Virus record (IMG/VR): IMGVR_UViG_3300020042_001792
Location: 1 to 41,518 of that record
DNA: 41,518 bases
Strand: one strand, 5' to 3'
From: a virus
Lineage: Duplodnaviria > Caudoviricetes
The number at the start of each line of letters is the position of its first letter. Position 1 is the stretch's first letter. Both the position numbers and the translations under genes were made by a program. Under the pieces are notes generated by a model. That model was not told the DNA's origin. It saw nothing but the letters and a program-made list of their open reading frames with translations, and searched no databases. Shown one piece after another: positions 33,561 through 41,518 of this stretch.

Positions 33561-36341
33561 TTATTTTCCTTTCTTCAGGTAAGACGTTAGCGCCTTGGTC
33601 TTTGGCGGGATTTTGTTCAATGGAGCAGAGCGCTTGTGGGCGCGGATACTCTCGCGGAACTTGTCCAAAGCCTGCGCTCCTGCCTTAGTTGAGCCGTTGC
33701 CAATCTGGGCCACGGTCTCAGCATCAATCACATATTCACCATCCGCCAGCATAGCTGGGATGTCGTCCGATTGTCCGTCACCCGGCCCATGCACGGCGGA
33801 ACCTTGGCGGAAGTCCAAGCGGCCCTCCCTGAGCGGAACGTTTGACAGCGCTGGCAAGCCGCCGCTACGCATACCTTGCGGCATACCCGGTTGGCCTTGG
33901 GGCACGCCCATCGGCGCTGCCATTGGCATTTTGGGAGGCATTGCAGGGCGCATAGCCATGCTTGGCTGTGCAGCTTGCGACAACGCGCCAAGACCGCCTT
34001 GTGGGGCATTCTGGGGCATTGTGGGCGGCATGGCCTGCGGCATCCCGGATTGGCCCTGTTGCATCGGCTGGGGGTTGCGCAGATTCTCCAAAGGATCAAC
34101 CGCTTTGCCAAAGGTGAAGTAGGTGTCAGCCAAGCCGCCTGCGGCCATCTTTGGCGCTTCAGCGGGTGCCTCTGCCGGGGCTGCTTCGGTAACGTCGTAG
34201 TCGCCCTCGCTCACAGGGTTAAAGCCCGGTGCGTTCAGGTTTGTATACAACTCATCGCCATACAGGTCAGGCATTTGATTCCGAGCGCCGTACTCGTCAT
34301 AAGTGACGTAACGAGGTGCGCCGACACCAAAGTTAGTGGTGCGAGGATTTATTGCTCCAACCTTGGTCATGTCGATGGCCTGACGATCAGAGCCGCCGCC
34401 AGAGAACAAATCACTATTGCCAAGCAATGCACCCAGCACGGCACCAGCAGCGCCAGCACCGAGGTACTCACTGCCAGTGATGCTCGAGATCATCTTGTCC
34501 AAAGTGCTTTTTTGTTCTTTTTGGTTTAATTTTTCTTTGGCAATATCCGCAGCACTTTTGACTGGGTTGCGCTTGTAGATGTCTTTGTCGCCAGAACCTA
34601 CGTTGATGATGGATGAGTCTGGCGATTCTGTGTAGTCAACCACGCTTCCATCGGGGCCGTAGGTAATGGATGAGCCATCATCAAACACCTCAGTGCGGTT
34701 GCCCGCCTGATCAGGAGCCTCGGTGTAACCAACCACGTCACCGTTGGCGTCGTAGGTAATTGTTGAGCCATCGTCAAATGTTTCAGTGCGGTTTCCAGAG
34801 TCTTGATTGCCGCCAGAAGATTCGTACACGTTGCCATCAGTGTCATAGGTGATGTATGTGCCATCGCTTAAATACTCTATGTAACTGCCGTCATCAAACA
34901 TTTCGGTGTCCATAACTTCGGAGTCAGCAGTGGTGTATGTGTTGCGAGGCGTACCAGTGTTATACAGGCTCATGTCGCCTGTCAGCAAACCGGGTTCGTC
35001 GTACTCGCCGTAGTTATATCCAACGTTCTGGAAGTCTTGGACTTCTTCAGTCGTGTCTGAATAGCCACCATCTACAAAATGGCGCACGTCTCCACCGTGT
35101 TTCATCATGGTAATAAACCCGCCCTTCTTGAGATCGTAGTAGTCGTCGTAGTTGTACTCTTCTTCGTCCACAATGGTGTCATCGATTGGATCATCTTCGT
35201 ACATATCCGTGTAGTCAATTTCGCTGTCGTCATATTCAACGCCAGTGTCATAGGGGTCATACGACAGGTCACCGTTTGAGTCGTACACATAGCCGTCGTC
35301 GTCTGTGTAGTAGTCCTCCACATACTCGTTCTCTTCTTCGTATGCGCCGCCATCGGCCTCGTACACCAACTCGCCGTCAGCGTTGTAGATGTTGCCGTCA
35401 TCATCTTGAAAAAAGCCCGACTCGTAGTCATCGACCACATCGCCAGTGTCATCATCGGCATCATCGGCAACATCGGTGGCATCGGTTGAGCCAGTTACAT
35501 TGCCACTGGCGTCAACAGTAATTGAACTGCCATCGTCATAGGTATAGGTGATCGAGCCGTCGTCATTGACAATCTCTTTTGAGCCACCGCCAACGTCACC
35601 AATGTCAGTCGACTCTTCACTGGAAACAATATTGCCGTCCGCATCAACGGTGATGGTTGAACCGTCATCATAAGTGTAGGTCTTAGAGCCGTCGGCATTG
35701 GTTATCGAGCCGTCATCATTTCTGACTGGGCCTGAATCAACCACCGGGGTGGTCTCGCCATCTTTAGGCGGAGTCGTTGGGCCTTTAGGAACGACGGGAA
35801 CTTTTGGAGTGACAGGGGGCTTCGTGACCGGGGGCTTGGTCACTGGCGGCTTAGTAACAGGCGGTTTTGTGACGGGCGGCTTCGTCACAGGTGGTTTTGT
35901 GACGGGCGGTTTTGTGCCCGGGATTGTTGGAAGCCCGGGGATTTTTGGCGGCACTACAGGTGGCCGAACCACAGAAGTAGGGGGAGTAACCGGGGCACTT
36001 GGCTGCTTGGGAGTAGATGGTTTTTTGCCAAAAAACTTGTCGTAGGCCATCTTCCCGGCCACACCAGCGCCTGCGCCAGCCAATGCGCTTGTCAATGTCT
36101 TGCCAAGGCCAGAGGTGCTTTTGTTTGAGCCGCTGGCCGATTTGGTAATTGCTGGCCGAGTACCACCCGAGCCGCTTGACGTAATAGACGTCGGCGAACT
36201 TACGCCCACGGCAGGGCGCGTGTTAACTGCGTTAGGGCCACTCAGGGCGCTGGTCAGCTTGGCAGACGGCCTTGTCTTGGTTTTGACGCTAGTATCCTTT
36301 GCTGGGCTTGAACTTGAGCGACGTTTGCTGAGAATTGCCAT
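33561..36341 (-). CDS. Large modular internal virion protein with C-terminal GPG..SD.IPAML.DGEYV domain
   Basis: 926 aa: basic N-terminus, (KPPVT)7, acidic DDGS repeats, Pro/Met-rich linker, conserved C-terminal domain. Confidence 0.75.
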   Translation of the reverse strand: MAILSKRRSSSSPAKDTSVKTKTRPSAKLTSALSGPNAVNTRPAVGVSSPTSITSSGSGGTRPAITKSASGSNKSTSGLGKTLTSALAGAGAGVAGKMAYDKFFGKKPSTPKQPSAPVTPPTSVVRPPVVPPKIPGLPTIPGTKPPVTKPPVTKPPVTKPPVTKPPVTKPPVTKPPVTPKVPVVPKGPTTPPKDGETTPVVDSGPVRNDDGSITNADGSKTYTYDDGSTITVDADGNIVSSEESTDIGDVGGGSKEIVNDDGSITYTYDDGSSITVDASGNVTGSTDATDVADDADDDTGDVVDDYESGFFQDDDGNIYNADGELVYEADGGAYEEENEYVEDYYTDDDGYVYDSNGDLSYDPYDTGVEYDDSEIDYTDMYEDDPIDDTIVDEEEYNYDDYYDLKKGGFITMMKHGGDVRHFVDGGYSDTTEEVQDFQNVGYNYGEYDEPGLLTGDMSLYNTGTPRNTYTTADSEVMDTEMFDDGSYIEYLSDGTYITYDTDGNVYESSGGNQDSGNRTETFDDGSTITYDANGDVVGYTEAPDQAGNRTEVFDDGSSITYGPDGSVVDYTESPDSSIINVGSGDKDIYKRNPVKSAADIAKEKLNQKEQKSTLDKMISSITGSEYLGAGAAGAVLGALLGNSDLFSGGGSDRQAIDMTKVGAINPRTTNFGVGAPRYVTYDEYGARNQMPDLYGDELYTNLNAPGFNPVSEGDYDVTEAAPAEAPAEAPKMAAGGLADTYFTFGKAVDPLENLRNPQPMQQGQSGMPQAMPPTMPQNAPQGGLGALSQAAQPSMAMRPAMPPKMPMAAPMGVPQGQPGMPQGMRSGGLPALSNVPLREGRLDFRQGSAVHGPGDGQSDDIPAMLADGEYVIDAETVAQIGNGSTKAGAQALDKFRESIRAHKRSAPLNKIPPKTKALTSYLKKGK
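35808..35912 (-). repeat. 7 x 15-bp coding tandem repeat (KPPVT)
   Basis: Seven units identical in protein but varying at synonymous positions. Confidence 0.9.
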
Positions 36342-36344
36342 GGC

Positions 36345-38015
36345 TTATCCTTGTCCCTTTCCGCCAGCCAAAAGGGCTGACAGGCTGGTGATGTCTTTGA
36401 GTGGAGTAAGTTTCGCAACATCTACTTTTTGCGCAACTGGTTTTCTTTTTGGTGCAGCTTTGCTGATGTCCATTTTTTGTAATGGCTGCGTTCTTTGGAT
36501 TGCGGCCATTTGGTCAGCCGACAACCTTCTCGGCGCAGTCTTGGCGGCAACCCGCGTAGGCGCTTGGTTTGGTCTGGTAGTGGGTCTACGCAAAGTCTTT
36601 GTGATGCCTTGACGGAACGCAGGCTTCAAAATCTGATTCAAAGCGCCAGAGACTATTGACTTGCCTGCGGTGCCAGTGTCCTGAGTCAGAGACGTCTGGA
36701 GGCCACCCATTGGCTTGTCAATCTCCCCCAAAGGCTTGAGCAATTCACCGCCAAAATCGGGAGCGGCCTCCTCAGTCGGGGTGGCAACAAGATTTTGTGT
36801 GAACTCGTCAAAGGCATCTGTTTGACGCGCTGCCTCGGGGCGCTGCTCTTCAAGAGCAGGCATCTCATAAATTGACTCTTTAGCCCGAGGTTGCACAGCC
36901 GCCAGACCACCAAGGATTGGCGCTTGCATCTCAGGGGCGGTTTCTCTCTCTAACTCTGCAACATCAGCAGGTACATCTTCCTTGGCATATTCTTCAGCCA
37001 AGTCTTCGACATTTTCAGGCTCACCAATTTCAGCCAAACTTGAATTGCCCAACTCGTCAGGCTTGGTGTAACCAATCAATGCGCTTTCGGTTTCATCTTC
37101 TGTGATTGCCTCAAGAATCATTGGGTCATCTTGCACACTGGTTGTGCCACGACCAATATCGGAGACTTCAACTTCTTCAACAATCTCATCAGGCAAGCCT
37201 GCGCTTGTACCAACCATACCTGTGGTTTTGGCCCACGAGTCATCTAACTCAGTCAGCAAATCAACGTAGTCTTCTTTGTTGCCATCTTCAGCGCCTACGA
37301 TTTCCTGATCAGTTGCAACGGTAGTGTTGAACTGATCGCTGATTGCGCTTGTAGCGTAATTTGCACCAACGTTGGCTGCGGAATTGATCACGCTGTTGGT
37401 GAACGCGGTATCAAAACTGCCGCGCCCGGTAATCTCTGCTGTGATGCCAGAAGTCACAGCCTTCTGTGCGTAGTCGCCAAATTTGCCCATGTCAGGCAAC
37501 TCTTCAAAAATATTCTCGTTCACAAATTCGCTAACCTCTCCGACCCCAGCGCCAACAATGGTGCCAGTAAAACCGCCAGCGAATCCGTCTCCAAAGTCAC
37601 CGCCCCTGATTTCAGAAATAGTGCCGTTGACCAATCCTTTGCTGATGCCGTCGACGACAGTGTTGGACACAGTCTCATTGATGAGCGCATCACCAATGGT
37701 GGACGACAGGGTAGAACTGATTGAGTTTGATACGGTGGGCGCAAAGTAAGCAGTGCCTACAGACAAAGCGATGTCGCCAAGGTCGCCCCCGCGTGCTGCC
37801 GTAATGGCGGCGTTTGTGACCATCGGAGGAATGCCGACAAACGACCCAGCAATAGAAAGCAGAACAGGCAGTGGGTCATCAATGACGGCCTGCACCGTTT
37901 CACCAACAAACTCAACAGCTTGCTCAACAACGTCAACAACGCTTTCAACAACGTCACCGACTGCATCAACAACGCTCTCGACGACGTCTGAAACAAAACT
38001 TACGACTGCACTCAT
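36345..38015 (-). CDS. Internal virion protein with N-terminal amphipathic helix and Gly-rich hydrophobic segments
   Basis: 556 aa starting MSAVVSFVSDVVESVVDAVGDVVESVVDVVEQAVEFVG; acidic middle; basic C-terminus. Confidence 0.7.
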   Translation of the reverse strand: MSAVVSFVSDVVESVVDAVGDVVESVVDVVEQAVEFVGETVQAVIDDPLPVLLSIAGSFVGIPPMVTNAAITAARGGDLGDIALSVGTAYFAPTVSNSISSTLSSTIGDALINETVSNTVVDGISKGLVNGTISEIRGGDFGDGFAGGFTGTIVGAGVGEVSEFVNENIFEELPDMGKFGDYAQKAVTSGITAEITGRGSFDTAFTNSVINSAANVGANYATSAISDQFNTTVATDQEIVGAEDGNKEDYVDLLTELDDSWAKTTGMVGTSAGLPDEIVEEVEVSDIGRGTTSVQDDPMILEAITEDETESALIGYTKPDELGNSSLAEIGEPENVEDLAEEYAKEDVPADVAELERETAPEMQAPILGGLAAVQPRAKESIYEMPALEEQRPEAARQTDAFDEFTQNLVATPTEEAAPDFGGELLKPLGEIDKPMGGLQTSLTQDTGTAGKSIVSGALNQILKPAFRQGITKTLRRPTTRPNQAPTRVAAKTAPRRLSADQMAAIQRTQPLQKMDISKAAPKRKPVAQKVDVAKLTPLKDITSLSALLAGGKGQG

Positions 38016-38458
38016 TTTTCACTCTCCCGTTTTGGGCCTAGTTTCAAAGTGACACGGTAACCCTTTGTCGTCTTTTCTGCCTTGTAGCCCATGCCCTCTT
38101 GCGGTGGATTGCGCGAGATGGCCTTGAACACGTTAATGATGGTCGGGTCTTCAAACTCGGTCTGCATGACGTCAAAACCCATCTTGTAAGCGGCCTGCAC
38201 CCACTCGTAGGAGTTCTCAAGGTAATTGCGGGCTACGTCTGCATTGAGCGCACGGAAAAATCCTATGCGGTCTTTGGCGTGATGCATCACAAAAATGGTG
38301 TTACCCGCACGGTAGGTGCTGGTTCCATATTGATTCATCTCCTCAACGATGGCGGCGAACACGGTGGCGGCAGGGTACTGAGACTTTGTCTCCTGCGCGG
38401 CGATCATCAACACGGCCTCGTCTTTGAGTTCTTTCTTTTTGCTGTCGACTAGCATCAC
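38012..38458 (-). CDS. Hypothetical protein, possibly GNAT-like acyltransferase
   Basis: 148 aa mixed alpha/beta protein; size and position match the acyltransferase-like genes often found before podovirus ejection genes. The fold is inferred only. Confidence 0.5.
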   Translation of the reverse strand: MMLVDSKKKELKDEAVLMIAAQETKSQYPAATVFAAIVEEMNQYGTSTYRAGNTIFVMHHAKDRIGFFRALNADVARNYLENSYEWVQAAYKMGFDVMQTEFEDPTIINVFKAISRNPPQEGMGYKAEKTTKGYRVTLKLGPKRESEK

Positions 38459-39564
38459 ATTTCCTCAAAAATTGCAGCGGAATAGATGTTTCCCATCCCC
38501 GCCGCCAAACTTAGAATCAACCCCTTTGGGGGGCTTATCGATTCCGAAAGGAATACCGAGTCGCTTTCAGTTCGGTTTTCGATTCCCGGGACGAATCCCT
38601 TTTTCATATCATCCAGCAATAGTAGCGTTTCCAGCAAACCACTGGAACCCATTGTGTGACCTATTTTTTGCTTGTAGGACGTTGCAACAAAATCCCAGAG
38701 GTTGCCAGTCAAGGCTGCTTTTTCAGCCTTGTTGTTGGACTCCGTGCCTGTTCCATGCGTTTTGACTATTTTAATGTCAGCCTTGATTATTTTGGAATAA
38801 TGGATTGCACCAGCCATGGCCTTTGAGAAGCCCTCACCGTCCTCGCATTGACCGATGGCATTGGTAGATGCCTCAGAAGCGTTGTACGCGCCCCATAGGC
38901 GGGCCTTGGGGTCGATTTGCAAAGCCTTGACTGCCTCGGCACTATGGAACACCGCAAACGCGGCTCCTTGGCCTACCCTGAAACCTTTGTTGGCGCTGTC
39001 AAATGCGCTGGGCTTCAGGCCAGCCTCTTCGTCCTTGGCCGTCAACACAGCGCGGGCTTCACCAAAAAACTCCAAAACAGCGTTGGACACGCCGTCCTCT
39101 ACGGTCAAAACGATGACGCGATGGAAGTCATAGTGCTGGATCAGGTTCTGCACATCTTGCATGACCTTCAGGCTGCTGGCGCAGGCGCTTGAGTCGGTGG
39201 TCACCATATCCATGGTGCCGCAAGATTGAGCGGTGCGGCCAGCGTAAACCTGCGTAAGGGTAAAGGGCAAAAACTTGTAGTTGTATGTCAGCTTGCTGTC
39301 GTAGGGGCGCTGGTTGATACCCGCAAAGTGCGCGTTGCCAGCCGCAAGAATAAATGCAGTCTTACCCACGGGGTTCTCGCGCAAGTACGTCATTAATTCA
39401 GGGTCAAGAACTTTCTCGGCCAACTTGTGGGGGACGTAGAAAAGCCCAGTTTTTACTCGAGCGTATGTGTCAGGAAACCAGTGAACCTTTTGGGGGTAAA
39501 TGATGTCGTCAAATTGCTCAACGTTATCTGTGGAGGCCGTTCTGTAGTGAGTCAGGTAGATCAT
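38455..39564 (-). CDS. Beta-ketoacyl-ACP synthase (FabB/FabF or type II PKS KS-like)
   Basis: SSACASSL (Cys), KTHGTGT (His), SYKQKIGHTMGSSG (Lys/His), AFD....GF.VGQGA, C-terminal AGMG. Confidence 0.92.
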   Translation of the reverse strand: MIYLTHYRTASTDNVEQFDDIIYPQKVHWFPDTYARVKTGLFYVPHKLAEKVLDPELMTYLRENPVGKTAFILAAGNAHFAGINQRPYDSKLTYNYKFLPFTLTQVYAGRTAQSCGTMDMVTTDSSACASSLKVMQDVQNLIQHYDFHRVIVLTVEDGVSNAVLEFFGEARAVLTAKDEEAGLKPSAFDSANKGFRVGQGAAFAVFHSAEAVKALQIDPKARLWGAYNASEASTNAIGQCEDGEGFSKAMAGAIHYSKIIKADIKIVKTHGTGTESNNKAEKAALTGNLWDFVATSYKQKIGHTMGSSGLLETLLLLDDMKKGFVPGIENRTESDSVFLSESISPPKGLILSLAAGMGNIYSAAIFEEM

Positions 39565-39845
39565 CGAATGGCCTTTCTGGCTTCTTCAACCGACACTGGC
39601 TCTTGTGTTTTGCGGCTCATAATGAGGTCGTAGGTCTCTTGCACCGTGGTTGGGTGCCAGTACTTGGTTTCTTCGTCGTCAGGAATGCCGTAGAGTTCGC
39701 AGAGGTACATCAGCATTACAAGCCCATCAAGGCTGTCAAGACCGATCTCTTGGAGAGAGTCCTCCATCGACGTTGCAATAATTTTCCCGGCGTGCGCTGG
39801 CCGCGCCACACCAGACACCATGTTAAAAAGTTCAATGAAGTTCAT
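39561..39845 (-). CDS. Acyl carrier protein
   Basis: 94 aa acidic protein; L.EIGLDSLD phosphopantetheine-site motif, ELYGIPD, TVQE. Confidence 0.88.
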   Translation of the reverse strand: MNFIELFNMVSGVARPAHAGKIIATSMEDSLQEIGLDSLDGLVMLMYLCELYGIPDDEETKYWHPTTVQETYDLIMSRKTQEPVSVEEARKAIR

Positions 39846-40132
39846 GTTGCCATTTCCTCTGTGGGCTGATTGACTGCTCCGACTACGGCTTGCGCCCAGT
39901 CATACCAGTTCTCATATATGTAGGGGCCGGGGATACCTTCGTTCTCAAAAACGTCAATAGCCTTCAGTCCAGCCGCCCACTTCTGCCACTCCTCTTCGGG
40001 AGTATTTATTGATAGCTGTTGCGCCGCATAAGCCTCGCACATAAGACTCGACCAAGAGTTCCATGTGTGATACCGAGGGTCGTATACAAGCGCAAGCGCC
40101 ATCTTAATTTCCGAAAGGTCTGACGTCGCCAA
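39842..40132 (-). CDS. Trp-rich small tail-module protein
   Basis: DPR..TW..W, WQKWA, P.PY.YENWYDWA; true start probably MALALVYDPR at 40102. Confidence 0.7.
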   Translation of the reverse strand: MATSDLSEIKMALALVYDPRYHTWNSWSSLMCEAYAAQQLSINTPEEEWQKWAAGLKAIDVFENEGIPGPYIYENWYDWAQAVVGAVNQPTEEMAT

Positions 40133-41518
40133 GCGTGACGCTTAACAACACCCTACCCATTTCATAGTTTCCACCGCTCACGTTGCTTCTAAACCGCAAG
40201 CGAATCTCACGTCGCTGCTGACGCATATCAATCTTGCCCGTATCAGGGTCAAACGGATACTCTTGCGAAGCCACATCGGTTGACTGCGCGTAGGGGCGAC
40301 CAGTCACTTGAAAAGTCATTTCCCCTTCCTGTATAAAGTCAGGCTCAACACGTTCCAAATTGACCCAGAAGTTATCACCCACAGGCGAGGTCTGAGCGGG
40401 GCCACCAGCCACAAATCCCAAGTCGCTTGTCTCGAAGAAACTGTCAATTGCGTTGGAAGACTCAAAAATAATTTCGTCAGTGCCAATTTCATGTTGCCAC
40501 AGGGTAACCCTGCCTGCGGTCGTATTGAACGTCACAGGGACGGTTGCAGACGCTGTGGCGGGATTGTCCAAGGTGACGGTAAAGAAGTTGGGCGTTGCGC
40601 TTGGGGCAATAGCAATCACCAGCGAAATGTTTGTAATGCCAGCGCCAATGACTTGTTGACCCAACAACACCAAGTTGGTGATTGGGATTTCAATATTGGC
40701 ACTAGCGTTCACCGTAGTAGCGGTCGTGGCAAAAACTTCAGTCAACTCGCTCAAGGTTGCGCCAGCGTTAATGGGAAAACGAAACACTGTTGAGAAAAAT
40801 CCAGCAGTACGATACGCGCCCAAGGCTTGCCCAGCGTCATACCAACAGTCTTCGCGAATGTTGTAGATGATGCAGTCGTTGCACTCTTCGCTGTCTCCAG
40901 AAGGGTAGAACCACCAAATTTCTCCAAAACGAGGAACCTTGTTGGCATACACTTTTTGACGTTGCTGGTAATTCAGATTGTCGAAGAAGTAGTTCTGATT
41001 GAACGTGTTCTTAATTTCCTTGACCACACCGTTGTACAGCAAGAAGCGGTCAACACCAATCCAATAGTAGATGCCGTCGTACTCAATGACGCACTGGCTA
41101 GAGAGAATAGAAGACTGGCTGGAAATAATGTCATACCGCCAAAAAAAAGTTTGGGGGACTGAAGCAATTGTCACGGTGGTTGGCGTGTAGCTGACGCGAA
41201 TCAGCGAGTCCAACGACCAAAACAAACCAGAGGGAGCGTTTGAGCCACCGCGCACTGGCAGACCTTTAACAATCTTGGTTGACGATACGTTGGTCTCGTT
41301 GGCGTCCGCGCCGTTCCAATTAAAGGGGTCTCCTGCAACGCAGTTTCTGATGAGACCGTTGTCACCATACACAAAGACGTAAGGGTGAAGCACCACCACA
41401 CCACCAGAAACTTCAATGACATCGCCCGTAGGAGCCGTGCCTGCCGTATCAGTCAAGGGAGACATTTGAGTGCCGCTGATGTCGCCAGCAAACACAACCG
41501 TATTTACGATGGCATCAA
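40104..41518 (-). CDS. Tail tubular/nozzle (head-tail stabilisation, P22 gp10/T7 gp12-like) protein, 5'-truncated
   Basis: Frame stays open to the window end; beta-propeller-like content; EIWWFYP, IYN....WY, RVEPDF motifs. Confidence 0.75.
   Translation of the reverse strand, partial: DAIVNTVVFAGDISGTQMSPLTDTAGTAPTGDVIEVSGGVVVLHPYVFVYGDNGLIRNCVAGDPFNWNGADANETNVSSTKIVKGLPVRGGSNAPSGLFWSLDSLIRVSYTPTTVTIASVPQTFFWRYDIISSQSSILSSQCVIEYDGIYYWIGVDRFLLYNGVVKEIKNTFNQNYFFDNLNYQQRQKVYANKVPRFGEIWWFYPSGDSEECNDCIIYNIREDCWYDAGQALGAYRTAGFFSTVFRFPINAGATLSELTEVFATTATTVNASANIEIPITNLVLLGQQVIGAGITNISLVIAIAPSATPNFFTVTLDNPATASATVPVTFNTTAGRVTLWQHEIGTDEIIFESSNAIDSFFETSDLGFVAGGPAQTSPVGDNFWVNLERVEPDFIQEGEMTFQVTGRPYAQSTDVASQEYPFDPDTGKIDMRQQRREIRLRFRSNVSGGNYEMGRVLLSVTLGDVRPFGN

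Noticed and set aside
38538-38583. TCGST pair and degenerate palindrome (TACCGAGTCGCTT) in the ketosynthase 3' end
   Set aside because: Only two phased copies inside coding sequence (TESDS codons); could be chance.
38455-39845. ACP/KS as host contamination or a chimeric join
   Set aside because: Both genes are linked to phage genes by 4-bp overlaps on each side, on the same strand, with no other host fab genes adjacent.
1-41518. Complete circular genome, terminal repeats, diversity-generating retroelement, IS or intron
   Set aside because: The two ends lie in different truncated genes and do not overlap; no reverse transcriptase, transposase or homing endonuclease motif was recognised.

Overview
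Partial genome of a tailed dsDNA phage, probably a podovirus-type temperate-like or lytic phage. A Betaproteobacterial/freshwater host is inferred only from gene content and promoter motifs. Both window ends cut genes. The minus strand 1-15416 is a head module (terS, terL, a 1145-aa polyvalent ART-like protein, portal, GroES, scaffold-like protein, major capsid, Lys/Gly-rich proteins). 15.7-26.4 kb is a minus-strand early/replication region (DUF932, Ref-like nuclease, RusA, DnaB-like helicase, primase Zn finger, DUF1376 initiator, Cro-like HTH). 26.5-29.0 kb is a divergent plus-strand SSB/exonuclease operon. 29.1-41.5 kb is a minus-strand tail and internal-virion module. No integrase, CI repressor, DNA polymerase or lysis cassette is recognisable in the window. 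Most notable: (1) an acyl carrier protein plus an intact Cys-His-His ketosynthase translationally coupled inside the tail/ejection operon, next to a possible acyltransferase and an amphipathic-helix virion protein, which may be a virion-protein lipidation system; (2) a [MFYL]-[AK]-x-G-G motif repeated about 30 times in five late proteins, often at apparent domain boundaries, which may be a processing or packaging signal; (3) a polyvalent effector with a convergent, apparently leaderless antisense gene; (4) a repeated promoter/operator/leader-hairpin cassette, 11-bp-phased TCGST arrays and a tRNA-like RNA upstream of terS. All family assignments come from motif recognition by eye; no database searches were run.
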